Shown: positions 23,504 through 36,847 of the stretch, one piece after another
Numbering within the stretch: position 1 is the first letter of the stretch
Layout of the letters: each line of letters opens with the position of its first letter
Source of the DNA: Parasitella parasitica NRRL 2501
Taxonomy: Eukaryota; Fungi; Mucoromycota
DNA: 64,000 bases
Reading direction: 5' to 3'
NCBI GenBank assembly: GCA_025201805.1
Contig: MU619241.1
Coordinates: forward strand, 155,783 to 219,782
The notes under the pieces: generated by a model
The model's input: only the letters and a program-made list of their open reading frames with translations
What the model was told of the DNA's origin: nothing
Databases searched by the model: none
Translations under genes and position numbers: made by a program

Positions 23504-24091
23504 TTACTTTTTTGATTTTTCCAACTGTTCTTGCTTCCACAGAGCTTGAAGAGGCTGGAAAGCCTTACCAGGCTGATCTCTTAAATAAAACAATTTGGCT
23601 CTTCTAAACTTGATCTCATTGGGCTTCTGCATAACTTTGATGCTCTTTAATAACGGCGAGTATAGGGAATATCGCAGCTCGACACCAACACGCATGACAA
23701 TATTGCGAAGCGTAAAGTTTGTGTCAATTCCCTTTCTACGAATAGCGATGCAGACGCCCATAAAAGTGGACGAAGTGGTTTCTCCAGGACCATTCAATGT
23801 CTCCACAAGAACAATGGATCCAGGCTTGACGCCCTGAGGATTGGTGCGACTGAATAGCTCACGGCGGCCGTCCAGATTGGATTTCTCAATTTGTTGCTGT
23901 GTAATTTGTTCCATGACATTGATTTTGGGTGCTTTTGCAGCTGCTGCAGTGGTCGTGTAATTGTCTAAACAATCGTGTTGGCTGAAATCTTAAATTGCAA
24001 CAAAAATGAACTTACATTTGGATGCGACATTGATGCAAGGGCGCAAGGTTTTTGCTGATATTCTAGTTGCTGCAGCTTTGAGTGCGTTCAT
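23504..24091 (-). CDS. MRPL19: Mitochondrial ribosomal protein bL19m (1 intron)
   Basis: FMGVCIAIRRKGIDTNFTLRN..VGVELRYSLYSP..RRAKLFYLR. Confidence 0.92.
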
Positions 24092-24552
24092 ATCCAGATG
24101 GCTTCAAGTGAAAAATGTCAAATTATGGAAAGAAACCCCCCCGGTACACAGGTCGAGTAAGGTGCAGAAGCTTTCTTTTATTTGAGGGGTGTTGATTGTT
24201 TAGGCATCTCCCCGGTCACAAGCAGTCAGCTTCGTTGCTACCGTAATACCGTTACAGTAGTAACAAGCCTATATAGTAAAACCAGCACAAGCAATACCGG
24301 CAAACGATGTACAGTATCCCACTACTTGATGCTCTTTCATTACAACGAGAGAAATCTGGCTGTGGAAAACGAACCCCATGCACTGAAGGGATAGCAGAAT
24401 TGGTGGACATAAAAAGATCAAAAAATTAGAATCTCACACTGGCGGTGCTCGATGTAAAAGCATTAAATAGAAAGTTACGAAATATGTGTGTATGTCATAT
24501 TCAAAAATTTTAATTTAGTAATACATGTTCAAAATACAGGAACGTGTGTAGC

Positions 24553-26391
24553 TTAACCCAAACTCCAAGTGGTACTGAGCCAATCGAAGGTAGTAAACGA
24601 TTTATCACTATTGCACACAGGGAAAGGGTGTTTATCGCTTGGCTTTGGCATGGAAATTGAAGTCTTGTCCTCACCAGAGTAGAAAGAGGCCATTTTGCCA
24701 TAGCCCTGGATGCTGATGACACGATACTGAGTCTCACCAAGCAACCAATTCTCCATATAAGCACTGTTGACGCCTGGCGTCATTCTTTGTAAATTTACCT
24801 CCTTGTGCACTTCGACATCAATGTATTTAGCAATCTGGTCTGGTTCGATATGCTCGATGGGCAAGCCAGTGATAACCATGCTAGAAATGTCGACGATATC
24901 CCCTCCGATATAGGTCTTTGCCAACTCACGGTTTGTGTTGAGAGCAACAAATTCATCGCGCAAATGAGCCGAGTCAGTGACCAAGAAAAAGACAATGTGC
25001 TTGTGATGGTCTTTCTTCTTGAAGCTAGCAAGTTCACTTGCACATTTCAAAAAGTGGCCCCATTTCTCCAAGCCGTTGACATCATACTGAGGGTTTGCAA
25101 GGGCATTATCGTCAGTTCGCACTTGGATGCCAATACTCAACACGCTTTCCATTTCAAACAATCTCTTGTAAGCGTTCAAGAATCGTCTGGATCCAATTGT
25201 AGGACGGAAGAGAAAGTTGGTGATGCATTTAAAGGCGTTTTCCTTGGTGAGGCCCATTTGATTCAGCGTGCGTCTGTATTTTTCGTGTATGTTGAAAGTG
25301 CGAATAATGTAACCACGGTTCGATCTGACCTCGATATACTATTACAACGGGTTATCAGGACACATGTTCGCTTTTGTCACTCGTTTGTGCAATACTTTAC
25401 AGTGCCGTTCCATAGCTGCTTCAGATCGGTGTTTCCGCCATCTGGAAACATGGTGCTTGTGAGATTCTTGAGTTTCTTGTTCAGAGTGTCTACTTTTTGG
25501 TATCCCAATAAAGGATTAGTGTTATCTGTAAACAAGGCTTCCATCTCTTCGGGATCGTGCGACCAATCAACATGCGGACGCTCCCAGATTGCCTCCAACG
25601 GCAAAGGATTCATAGGAGCCCAATTCAGCAAGTAAGCTCGGTCCGTCAACAAAGCATAGAAAAAGGTGGATATCATACCTTAATTAAGCAATATAAATAA
25701 AGGAAGAAGGGTAAAGGGAGTCGCTACTTACCGCCCATTCTGTCAGCTAGGCCTCCACATCCACGGTTGCTGTTCTTTGGCACTTCTTTGCAAAGATAAG
25801 ACACGAACTTTGGTCTGTTGTCAACGTCAATATCATTGGGAAAGATGCCTTCTTTGTATTGCTCCAAATACGTCATGTCCTTCTTGTGTAAATTTGTGTA
25901 GCGGTCTTGCCAATTACCACACTCGCCGTTTTCGTTGTAGCGCCATTCGTCTGAAAATGCACCAGTCTCGGCATCATAAAGTTGGCAATATTCTTGATAT
26001 TCTTCGTTGGAGGCAAAGCCGACAGCTCTCACTAATGAATGATGAGGTGTAGGGGGTGTATATGTACCGTCAGGACTTGTGGGCATTTTAATGATGGCTG
26101 GTAAATGGCAACGCTGAACTTGTTCCTGCTGGTGATCAGTCTTTTGTTTATTTGTACCTTGCTGGGCGTTATTTTCGGTGTACGTATAATCTGGGCAATG
26201 TCAGCGACCCAAACATGTGCGCTTGCGCAAGATGAATACTTACTTGAATAGAATATCGAGTTGACTGCCATCACAATGATGGCAAGTAAGCTAACCATCG
26301 TCAAAGCTTTGGCTAATCTATACTTGAATAATAGGCTTCCTTTCAGCTCGTTTTGGGGTTGGAGTCGATGATAAGCAACATCACTTGCCAT
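24553..26391 (-). CDS. Type II membrane fucosyltransferase-fold glycosyltransferase (GT37/GT23-like; 3 introns)
   Basis: N-terminal TM anchor; CGGLADRMGGMISTFFYALLTDRA; motif I SIGIQVRT; motif II FFLVTDS; motif III ENWLLGETQYRVIS..GYG. Confidence 0.75.
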
Positions 26392-26554
26392 TTTATTTGT
26401 CTGTGTGTGTGTGTATAGAGAAAAGCTAAAGAAAATAAAAGAAGAAAAAGGAGAAGATAGTAGTGCTATAAATATAAAGTGATTTGCGTTTGAAAATAGA
26501 ATTCTTGGGGAAATTTAAGTTTGAGCAAGAAATTTTTACTGTAAATCGAATTAC

Positions 26555-26555
<1 letters not shown>

Positions 26556-26606
<51 letters not shown>
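26556..26606. repeat. ~51-nt poly(dT) tract
   Basis: Homopolymer run. Confidence 0.95.
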
Positions 26607-26608
<2 letters not shown>

Positions 26609-27722
26609 TTTTTAATACAGTGCTTTAACTCTTAATTAAAATGAAATAGGGCTACCTGTCCAGATATTTAAAGTTTATTTGATTAGTTTTTTGATAACTT
26701 GGCAAAGCTATTTATCATGTGCCGTTCCTAACACAATATTGAGGTTACCTCCCGATATTAAATCTACAAATTATGATTTAAAGTTTTATCCTATCCCCTT
26801 TTGAGGTAGGCTCCCACCATTTGTCTTGTTTATGACAATATGCACCGCATGCCAGGTTCAGGCTTTTCAATCGTGAACGATTTAGAAATAACATTGATGA
26901 GGGGTGCCGGTGCTATCCAAAATTATTTAAGATGCTTACTTCAACTACTTGCAAATACATGTAGATGTAGATATGTGGATGTACTTTTATATCATATCAT
27001 AGCCCAAGCAGGCCCAAGCAGGAAGCACAGATCATTATTTCCTATTTCAAACAACATTATATAAAGCATAAAGACAATTCTACTATCTTTTCATCACACA
27101 TAGCATAAGCAACAGTTACTTTGAAAAAAAAACATTTCATCCTATTCAAAACATCGGGAATTCCTTGTCATATAATTAGTTTGAGATAATACTTCGATTT
27201 CTTCTCACTACAGTTACAGATGATTTGGAAAGCAATTGCCATCTCTGAATGGCATGTCCAAACGCAACGAATGCTTAGAGCAAAATGTATCTGATACTAA
27301 CGCTGTTGAAAATTTTACACGGGCTGTATCTATAAAAACGCATTGTTTCTAAAGAAACTGTACTCTTCATTAAAGGTAATGAACGATTAAAATTGCTGTT
27401 GTGTTGTGAAGATCTACAACTCTTTATGAATGACTGGAAACACATGCTGTGGGATAAACGGGACGGCATCGAAGTGATGGCGCCAATGGGCTCGCCAGAC
27501 TTGGTAGACCACTACAGAAAAGAAGTCTATGATGGAGATAGTAGGAATGACAGGGCGGAAAAGATATTCATATCACCATAATTGTACCGTATAAGGATAA
27601 CAGAACATGAAATTTTATTGATATATGTGTTATGCAATGCTTGATAAGCCGACAACATTACAAGATGATGGTAGTGGTCGTAAATTTTGGAAGCAATTAG
27701 TATATTATCCGATACAGGCACT

Positions 27723-28406
27723 TCAACTCGGGCTCTCATTAGTTAAATCTATAGTATTGTCGGATCCATTGGTTGGTGATCTGTCTGGCTTATTGCTATC
27801 GAGAGGCGTAGTCGGTCCTGAGGATTTACTTTGTCCAAGTTCACCACTATTACATAAACTCTCCTCCGTTTTTACGTTGTTTGTATAATGACCGTTATCT
27901 GGAAGAGCACTTTCTTGAAGTATTTGCGCATTTTTGCTTGTCCAACCCAAGCCATAACGAGCCTCAAAGGTCTGACGATTGACAAAATCAACCCTGTCTT
28001 GCACCATTCTTCTGAGTTCATGAATCATTTCAAGAGCAAACTGCTCCAAGTCTCCAGGAGAGTTGATGTGAGAATACCCTCGTTTGAGTCTGTTTGTATT
28101 AACCATAACGCTGCTGATCAATGCGAGATTATCTAGTTTGAGGCCCCAATCACCAATAGCTTCACAGACATAAGCATTACTATCAGGGAACCTTTTATTT
28201 TGTCTGGCAGGAAGGCTTTGATTATGTATGTCATTCTTTATTTCTCTATGTAGCATTGGCATGTTAACTTCGCTCAGCTTTCCAGGAGTCAAGATGATAA
28301 ATCGACGAAGATTATCCAAATAGCTTATTACTTCCGCAATAGAAAACCATTTAATAGTAGTCAAAGAGCTCAACGCTTGTTCTTCCCAATTTGAATACAT
28401 GTTCAT
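27723..28406 (-). CDS. Hypothetical intronless protein (227 aa)
   Basis: Open frame with ATG, upstream CT-rich tract and TATA-like sequence; disordered tail ending in TIDLT; no family recognised. Confidence 0.6.
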   Translation of the reverse strand: MNMYSNWEEQALSSLTTIKWFSIAEVISYLDNLRRFIILTPGKLSEVNMPMLHREIKNDIHNQSLPARQNKRFPDSNAYVCEAIGDWGLKLDNLALISSVMVNTNRLKRGYSHINSPGDLEQFALEMIHELRRMVQDRVDFVNRQTFEARYGLGWTSKNAQILQESALPDNGHYTNNVKTEESLCNSGELGQSKSSGPTTPLDSNKPDRSPTNGSDNTIDLTNESPS

Positions 28407-28987
28407 TTGTTGATCAAGAAAAAGAAAGAAAGAACAGCTGCAGCTCCTTTAAATAAATGGAATTAGGTTCACTTGCAACAACTTCTCATGGCCCTTTCTG
28501 TTGTTGTCATCGATTTTAATTTCCAGCTATTATGTAGCAAGAGGCTCGACTACGTATGCTTCATAAACATTTCGCAGAAGAAAATGCTTTATAAAGCTCC
28601 AAATATTTCAAAATTTTCTATTTAGACAACTTTTTTGCTCAAAGATAAAGCATATAGTCTCATTATTGAGCCATCAGTATCATTATAGGCAACAATAAAT
28701 AGTAATTCCTAATTTTTCATTTGAGGTATAGCAAAATCAATTTAATTTAACAATTGAAGTAAAAAAAAAAAATATCTCCAAAAAACCTCTAATTTGTGCC
28801 AGAACAAACCTACTGATCGATAGCAATTGTTTAATGTGATTTTACTGTATAATAATGGTCAATATCTACCATAAAATGGCATTTAAAGGCTACTTTTGGT
28901 GTTACTTTCGCTCAAGAAGGTCAAAGCCATATCAATACCTTGGAAGACTCTTTATTTATTTCAGAGAAATGAACGGGTTACAATCAT

Positions 28988-30540
28988 CTAATAGAGTAAA
29001 TTTTTTGCATATTTTCGAACATCAGGGTCCTCAATAAATCTTCCTATTGAATCAGCATCCATTTGAAGCTGCACATCATACACTGGTCCTTTTGTGCCAT
29101 CTCCTCGTCCAAAGACAATCATACAGCCATTCCCTCCAAACGTAATATAGCCCCGTGTTCGGTCAGGACGTCCAAAACCAAAATCCAGCCTCCAAAATGG
29201 CAGCATAGAGACATCACTTGCTGTTGACTGTACATTTGAGTTTGGCTGATATGACAAGTAGTTGACGGACATGTCTTCGTGGAGTGTATATAGCATGCTT
29301 ATGCCGTGGAATAGAGATGGCTTGATGCCTCCAATGAGCTGACGAAATGAAATTGCAGTATCTACGAGACTCGACGCTTCTACTTGGAATTTGGTGCTTT
29401 TAATACTCTTTGATCTAAATGTATATATATACATATACGTGCAGAGAGGGATATTAGAAAAAAAACACGTCGTACATGCTTACAAAAACCTACATCATCC
29501 AGTTGCCAAAGTAGTAATCGAGTTCTTTGTTGCTGCCCTTTTTAGATCGGCCGTTGACAGATATGACCATCTTGATTTCGGTGTCATCTGAAGGAACATT
29601 ACGACAGCGCACAATCGCTCGCGTCAACATGGCGAATAACGCATCTTTTGTTGACAGCCAGTTCTTGTTGGCAATCATATCTGGCGTATGCGCATCTTTT
29701 TTACACTGATATAAACCGTCAGAATGGAATTCAAGAATAATGCTTTTGAGTGGCATAGGGCCATTAGGAGAAGTGCGGGCATATCTTTGCTGGTTAGGAT
29801 CCATTCGTAGCAGCTGATATGCGTCTTCCTTGACCACTCGATGCTCTTCACGATAATGAGCCATCACCTCATCAGTTATCATCGCATCATAAGGAGGCGC
29901 CACAAGATCTCTTCTAAACAGTGCCCGAGTATACTCACATCCTCGAGCTTTTTTGGCCCATGCATCGAGAAAGAAGCAGGCGGAATATGTATCAGCAATC
30001 TTGTGTAAGACCATGATTCCCAAGGCGACGCCACCATCCATAAAGCGAGTGATCTGTACAGCAAATAACGGGTCTTCTGGTGAGCAGTAGAAATGAATAG
30101 GAAACATGCGATGATAATCCAACTGGCTTGGAAGATAGCCATTCTCTTTAAACTTTCCCAATTCGCCTTGATACTCTGCTTCCTGTTTTCGAGTTAAAAA
30201 TGTCCCACTCTATAGACTTTCGGACGGCCTTCTTTACCTGAAACAGTATGCCAGCATCGCAGTTATTGATTTCGTCCCTCCCATTTCCTATATCTACTAG
30301 TCTGCCTGCTAGTGGATAGAAATCATCCAAAACAGCCGATAATGAAGACTTCAGTGTATCCGTGTTCATAAAATCAGGATCATGGTCATCGTTTGTGTAA
30401 AATAAGAGGAGTGGTGTGTATGATTTATACATGACGATATCCCAATCTGATAGAGATGTCGTCTTTTTATGAGACGGCGTTGGAGTAGCAGGTATAACCC
30501 ACTCGCGATTCTTGACTTGCACACGGGGCTGTGGTGCCAT
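28988..30540 (-). CDS. BAHD/transferase-family acyl-CoA acyltransferase (2 introns)
   Basis: LKSSLSAVLDDFYPLAGRL, FAVQITRFMDGG, catalytic HKIAD (HxxxD), YFGNW, LDFGFGRP (DFGWG). Confidence 0.93.
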
Positions 30541-30645
30541 TTGCGTATTGAAGACGATAAAGCAGGAAAAAGATGACAGATATTATTCTGAACCAAAGTT
30601 AATTTTATTTAGTGAGGCATCTTATTTGTTTAAGTGTATGACCTT

Positions 30646-31604
30646 CTAGTCTGTTGTTGGTCTGTTTTTCAATAAGGGAAATTGCAGGTTTTTAGGATCC
30701 TGCTTCAAGAGATCTCGCCAGTAGGCCAGTTCGTAATCTAAATTGTCAGGATGGATCTCTTTATACTTTTCGCTGATAATCTGCATCAGCAAATCATACA
30801 ACTCTCTATAGCCGTTTGCGTTCAAATGCAATCCATCCAGCAAAAAGTCTGATAAATCGCGCTGCTGTTGATGAACTTTGTCCATTATACAAGACCAAAC
30901 ATCAGCAACTGGTACGTCGGTTTCTCGGCCAATTTCACTGACACATTCAGCGTAAGAGCGTGCCGATTTATTTGTACGGTTTAATACGTTGTTATCACAG
31001 TTCTTTTTCCACTGAAGCTCGTTGATTGGAGGTGGAGTAATCAAGATCAATCTTAGCTTGGGGTTGTAGTACCTGGACTGAGGATTTCTAACCAGATCAA
31101 TCATTTCTTTGACGTTCTGTTTGAACCGGTCCAATGGTACATGTTGAGGCGAAAAATCCAATGCCGCATCATTTGCACCAAAGAAGATGGTCATTAAAGG
31201 AATGGAGCACGCTTGATCCTGCTGCTCTTTATGAGTAGGAAGCAATTGGCGCAAGATAGGCAGCGCCCAATCAGTGTTGTAGCCAGAAAACCCACGATTA
31301 ATAATATCGAGTTTGCGAACATAGACCTAGGACTTGTATTAGGCCTTGTTGTTGCTTTAACCACAAATGCTCTGCGATATACATACATTGGATAAAAGGG
31401 CGCCAAAGCCTCTGAGTTCAGGGTCGAAACTAAACTAGTTTTTCTTGTTTAGTATTCCTGCTTTTTAGTTTACATTCACCAAGTGAGTTGTACCTGAGTA
31501 ATCGAGTCCTTTGCGTGAAAAATAAGTATCTATTTATCCAAATAACTGTGTATGATCCTTACCCCAAATAAAACAATTTGGTTATACGGATGTGTTGATG
31601 CCAT
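30646..31604 (-). CDS. IAH1: SGNH/GDSL esterase, isoamyl-acetate-hydrolysing esterase type (3 introns)
   Basis: LFG|DSITQ, NRGFSGYNT, FFGANDA, LITPPP, DGLH. Confidence 0.92.
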
Positions 31605-31993
31605 TCGAACAACTTTTTTTTTTAGAGAAAAAAGAAACGACCAGATGAAACAAGCGGAAGTTGTTTTGTACACACCCAGATTTTATGCTGTCAGAAGACA
31701 GGTTTATTGTTCAAAATAAGGGATATCACTAAAAATTAGAATTTAAACATCATCCAATTTGGGCAAGACAAAGGCCTTGGAACTCGAAGCATGGTATATT
31801 GAGTACAAGTTTCCGCTTTTATTTAAAGTACATGTGAAAGACGCAAAAAGAAAGAGAGGGAGAGAGAATGCTTGTTTTTGAGTATATATATATGAATGTT
31901 TGTGTGTAAAAGTAATTTAGAGTTTCTAACGTGTTTTTTCTTTACATTTTGTAATTTCTGAGGCCTGCAAAATGAAATTCTCGTTTCAAGGAT

Positions 31994-34900
31994 TTAATTG
32001 AGTCTGCAAGAAAAGGTATTTAGTGAAATCATTCATTGATTAAAAAAAAAATACATCAACTTACGTTCCCTTGCAAAATTTACTACCACACAAACAGGGT
32101 ATCTTGTCAGCTTCGATTGGGAATTTGTAATCATATGTAATTTCTTCTCCAGGCTCAATGTCTCGATTTGCATATATAACAATTTTCTTTTGCTTGTCGA
32201 CTGTAATGATTTTCGCGCTGCAATTTGGCTAAGAGAAAGGCACAAGCATTAGGTCATGTTCTTTAGTTACATTGTAGTTACACTTACAGCACAACAATGG
32301 TTGATGAATCGAGCAACGTTTCCACATTTCGTGGCATCAATGACGGTATCATCATCCACACGAAACAAGTAACTGCTTCCAATGCCGCAACGCTCATACT
32401 GCTTTTCTCGTTCTTCAGCTACTTGCTGTCGAATCACTTCGCCCACATACTCAATCACCATATCATTCATATCGATATGTTCTTCAGCATACAAACCCCA
32501 ATCGTGAATAGGTGATTTGGCAAACCTTAATTGTTTCTTTCGACTTTGAAGTTGATTAAACTTGAGGATATCAGAATCGATTGTCTTTTTCTGCATTTCC
32601 ATGCCCACGACTAAACGGCGATTATTAACACGAGTTGCACGAGATGAAATCCTGCCTGTATCCGCTGGCACATCAATGACGGCCTTGTTTTTGGGCAAGT
32701 AGGTTGCTTTCATTGAATCAGGGATGGTGTATACACCACGCGCACGAGCACAGCCGCCTTTAATATGCTGGGTAATATCGTCTTTGGGTTCAATACCAGC
32801 TCTTTCTAGTAATGCAGCTCTAAGAAAGTAGTAATCTTCTGGCACTTTGATTTGATTGAAGGGATCCCATTCCGGTGGGCTATCATCAACCGTATTTGGC
32901 TCTCTTAATTCCTCGCTATCAGATTCATCGGGAGCTAGTAAGGTCTTCTCTAATTCTTCTTGATTAATGACAATTTTAGTATCTTGAATGTCTCCCTCAT
33001 CATCCTCTTCCTCGTCATGTTCTAACTCCTCCACGTCCTCATCATCGCCATCTTGTCCGGAAGAATTGTCTTTTAATAAGTCTTCTTCTATAACTTCGTA
33101 GATCCTGTCTGGTAGCGGTGGAGCAATCAGATCGCTCTTTTTCTTTTTCTTCCGCACTTGCTTTGTCTTTTGTTTTAGCTTCGCTTTGGAAAATGAATCA
33201 TAATCACTAGCGTCATCTTCGCTGTGATGTCTCTTCTTTTTTAGCGCTGATCTCTTTTGTTTTTGCTTGCGTTTTCTAATTTCTTGGATATAGTCATCCT
33301 TTACAAAATCATCCTCATCTGTCTCAGTCTCATTGTACTCTTCTTCTTGTTGGTGGAGTTTCTTCAAAAATGCATCGTGTTCTACATCGCTCTCTTCATC
33401 GCTAATATAATCCCGTAGACTGCGAGGCCGCTGTTCTTTAAGCAATTTTTTAAGTTTGCGTTCAGTTACAGGGGAAGTGGTAGGTGATGATTCTGTTGTC
33501 GATGCATCGACCTTGACATCGACCATGGCGGCATCACTTGTGGATTCTTCAGGTCCAGAATGGTACTCCCCTTCTTCAGAACTAGATGATGATGAGAATA
33601 AAGGCGCATCTACTGCTGATGACTCTTGCTTGGTATGCGATGTTGTTGTAGTCGCTAAAGTAGATGCTTGATCTCGGTTACTGATTGCAGACGAACTTTG
33701 CTCAAGTTCGTCATACAAAAATGATTGATAATCACGTTTTGGTAGAAGCTTTTGCTTCTTTTTGAACCTTGGTAGTTTCGCAATTTTCATTGAGGGCAAA
33801 ATGGATTCTATTAGATTTTCTTGAGGTGTTGATACTTTATTGCTGCTATTATTGCCATTCATTTGAGTATCATTGGGTTGTATATTATCACCAAGATGCT
33901 GAGGGCTTTTTACCAGATTAGCAGCGGCAGCGGCGGCAGCGGCGGCAGCTTCCTTCTCCAACCTTATTGCTCTTGCTGATTTGTAGAAATCATGAATCGA
34001 AGGCCCTGCAACGCGATTTTTCAAATCCTTCAAAAATACATCTGCTAGTTCATTAAACAAAATCTCTTCACTCGTCAATGGTGGGGCTAACAGTGCTTTT
34101 GTTGTCTCGACTTTGTCTGTTCTGGTTTCAAGTGTGTTTGCTACTGTAACTGATTCATTCACTCCGGTCGTGGGAGCTTCATTGATAGTGGTAGTTGTGG
34201 TCGAGGCAGTAGTTTCTATTTGCTGTACGCTCGTAGTATTAACTGTGTTTTCCATTATTCCATTATTAGCAGAAGCCGATGTTTCCGAATTGATATCTTT
34301 AGCGGCAGAAACTGATAAATCTCGAAGGGCAATTAACAATTTGTGGCCTAAAACTTGCTGCTGTTCATTTGTAGCATCCAAAGCCTTTTTTGCCATTGTA
34401 ACCGAATCAAATACGATCAACCAATCCGACTCGTCATGATAGATCTACACAGAACGTTTGCGAGTTCATATATCAGTCCATGCTTTCTTTCATTTGCTGG
34501 TAATACAAAAACTCACATCAATACAATTGTAATAATAGTATATCTTTTTCAGATCCTCTAATGCTCCTCTTATGAATGGTAAGCAACTTTTTGATATTAT
34601 CAACATTGGTCGAGGTCGTGAAGAGGGTGGTTTTTTGCTGTGATGCTCATCCCAATATTCAGAACGTCGTCGGCTACTACTTTCTCTGCCATAATAATCA
34701 TCATCATAACGATAGTAGTTATCTCGTCTGTCTATACTTCGACTCCTACTCCTACTTCGACTTCTATACCTTGAATCAGGTGAATCCATCCCCGCATTAT
34801 CCCACCGAGATCTATGTCTTGAATGATGTTCTGGGGAATCTAGGCGTCTTGGTGACGAGTAACGAGAATAGCCACTGTTGTATCTTGACGATGATCGTTC

Positions 34901-35962
34901 ATCTCTATATCGATAGTCGTCGTAATATCTACCGCCACTGCTACGATGATAATCATCTCTAGATCGAGAATAGCGCCTTGAATCGTATCTATCCCAATTA
35001 CTGTCACTCTCATCTGGATAGCGACGATCATGGTGACCATGATAACCATTATGTCTACTACTACTGTTTCCGTGTAATGGCGAGATTGGTGCTGCAGTTG
35101 CTATTGTTGAAGAGTGATGTGGTATGGATCGAGCTGGTTCTAGCTTTGGTGAAGGCACAGGTCGATTAAAATCCTCGATAGCTAATTTCAGTTTCTCACC
35201 TATAAAATTTAGATTTTATTAATTAATCATTCAATGTATAATAACTTACCTGTAGGATCAAAACAAACGTTCACAGATTCTGCAACCCCCATTTTTCGTC
35301 CATTGCCTTTTTCCACAGCAAGACACGCTGAAGCATGACCATCTGTAATTCCGTCACTGACAAAGGAAACATGAGCAATGCCAAATGAACCGCCTGTTGT
35401 TGGATCTTTTTCGATATCTACTGAATTTACTTGGCCATACACTGAAAAATAAGTTGTAATTTGCGATTCTGTCATTAGCGGCGATAGTCGAGATACTAAA
35501 ATCTTGGTTGCAGGTTTCGGTCCATACGAATTCTTATCAAACTATCAAGATGTTACCTTACAACGTAATTGACACGCGTATTATATTTTAAGATATAGTA
35601 CCTTGTACTCCACAAGGTGAAACTGCTTCCTATAACGATATCGACCTTTCAAAAAGTTCCTCTCATAAAATAACTTGTCCTGTCGAGGATCCCGGGGAGA
35701 AACACTCGATAATATCTTACGACTCATGTCAAATTGCTTTCATAACCTCAATAACATGATGACTTACTGGATCTGTTGGCTGGTAATCATATGGGGTTTG
35801 AGAGCTAGACTTTAAACCTTGAGTATCCGATTCTGAGTCGTATGGAACTGTATAGTTACGAGGACCTTTTGCAGTCGAATTTGTAGACCTAATTATTTTC
35901 AATTGAACCTTAATAATTAGGATGACTTCAATTTTTGTTAATTTTTACCATTTTGAATCCAT
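31994..35962 (-). CDS. SET1: Histone H3K4 methyltransferase Set1
   Basis: RRM, n-[46 protein letters not shown], post-[16 protein letters not shown]. Confidence 0.95.
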
Positions 35963-36763
35963 GGAGAGATTCAAATAATAGCTGAATTGCCAATAACAAA
36001 GTGTGTTAAATAAAGAAGCTTTTTCTTCTAGTGAAAAAGGGGCGATGTTTAACACCAACATTTGTGAAATCCAGTTAAAAGAGTCACATTGGAAATGCCC
36101 ATTGTTCTTCTGCTAGAACAACTTATCCATCCACACTCGAAAAAATTAGTTTCAAGCTTGCTTCTTCTATATTCAACCTGCCTTTTTGAATCTTTTCTCC
36201 AAGTAACAATGGTTACCATGGCTAGTATGCTTCGGACATTTCTAAAAAAGTATGATGAAGGATGAAGGATGAAGGATAAATGCATGATTAAAAGGTCGTC
36301 TCTACGATCCAATAAAAATATTTTCTCATTAGAAATCACTGTCCCCTATAGCTAGGATTTTCGCTTAGCTGATCGTTTTGTATAAAGCTCAAGTAAACTA
36401 TTCTATATTCTATGCATCACAAAGCTCGAAATTTGTGGCAATACTGCGCCATATATAAATGAAATTGCAACCAAAATTAACCCAGACTGATCTACAGGTT
36501 TATTAATTGAATAACGCAGATAGAAACACGCAAAATAAGCTTACAATGGGCAAGGTATAGTGTCAAGTAGCACATACTTTGTGTGTAACCTAAAAAGTAA
36601 CAAGGGATTTTTATTTTTTTATTTGCATTTATCAAAACCTAACGTAAAATCGACATCTTTGAATACGACCGTAGGGCCAAGACAAAAAAAAAAGAGAGGG
36701 AGCATTGAATGAAAAAAAAAAAACATTTCAACAATGATTCAATTGAAAAAGTCAAAGAAAAAG

Positions 36764-36847
36764 TAGTATCAGTGGGGTTCGAACCCACGCCCACTTACGT
36801 AGACTTGATCTTAAGTCAAGCGCCTTAGACCACTCGGCCATGATACT
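36764..36847 (-). tRNA. tRNA-Leu (anticodon TAA), intronless
   Basis: AGTATCA/TGATACT acceptor stem, TGGCCGAGTGGTCTAAGGC D arm, CTTGA-CTTAAGA-TCAAG anticodon arm, long variable arm, GGTTCGAACCC T arm, downstream T-run. Confidence 0.97.

Noticed and set aside
24805-25635. 276-aa plus-strand ORF
   Set aside because: Antisense to the glycosyltransferase, no ATG start, no motifs.
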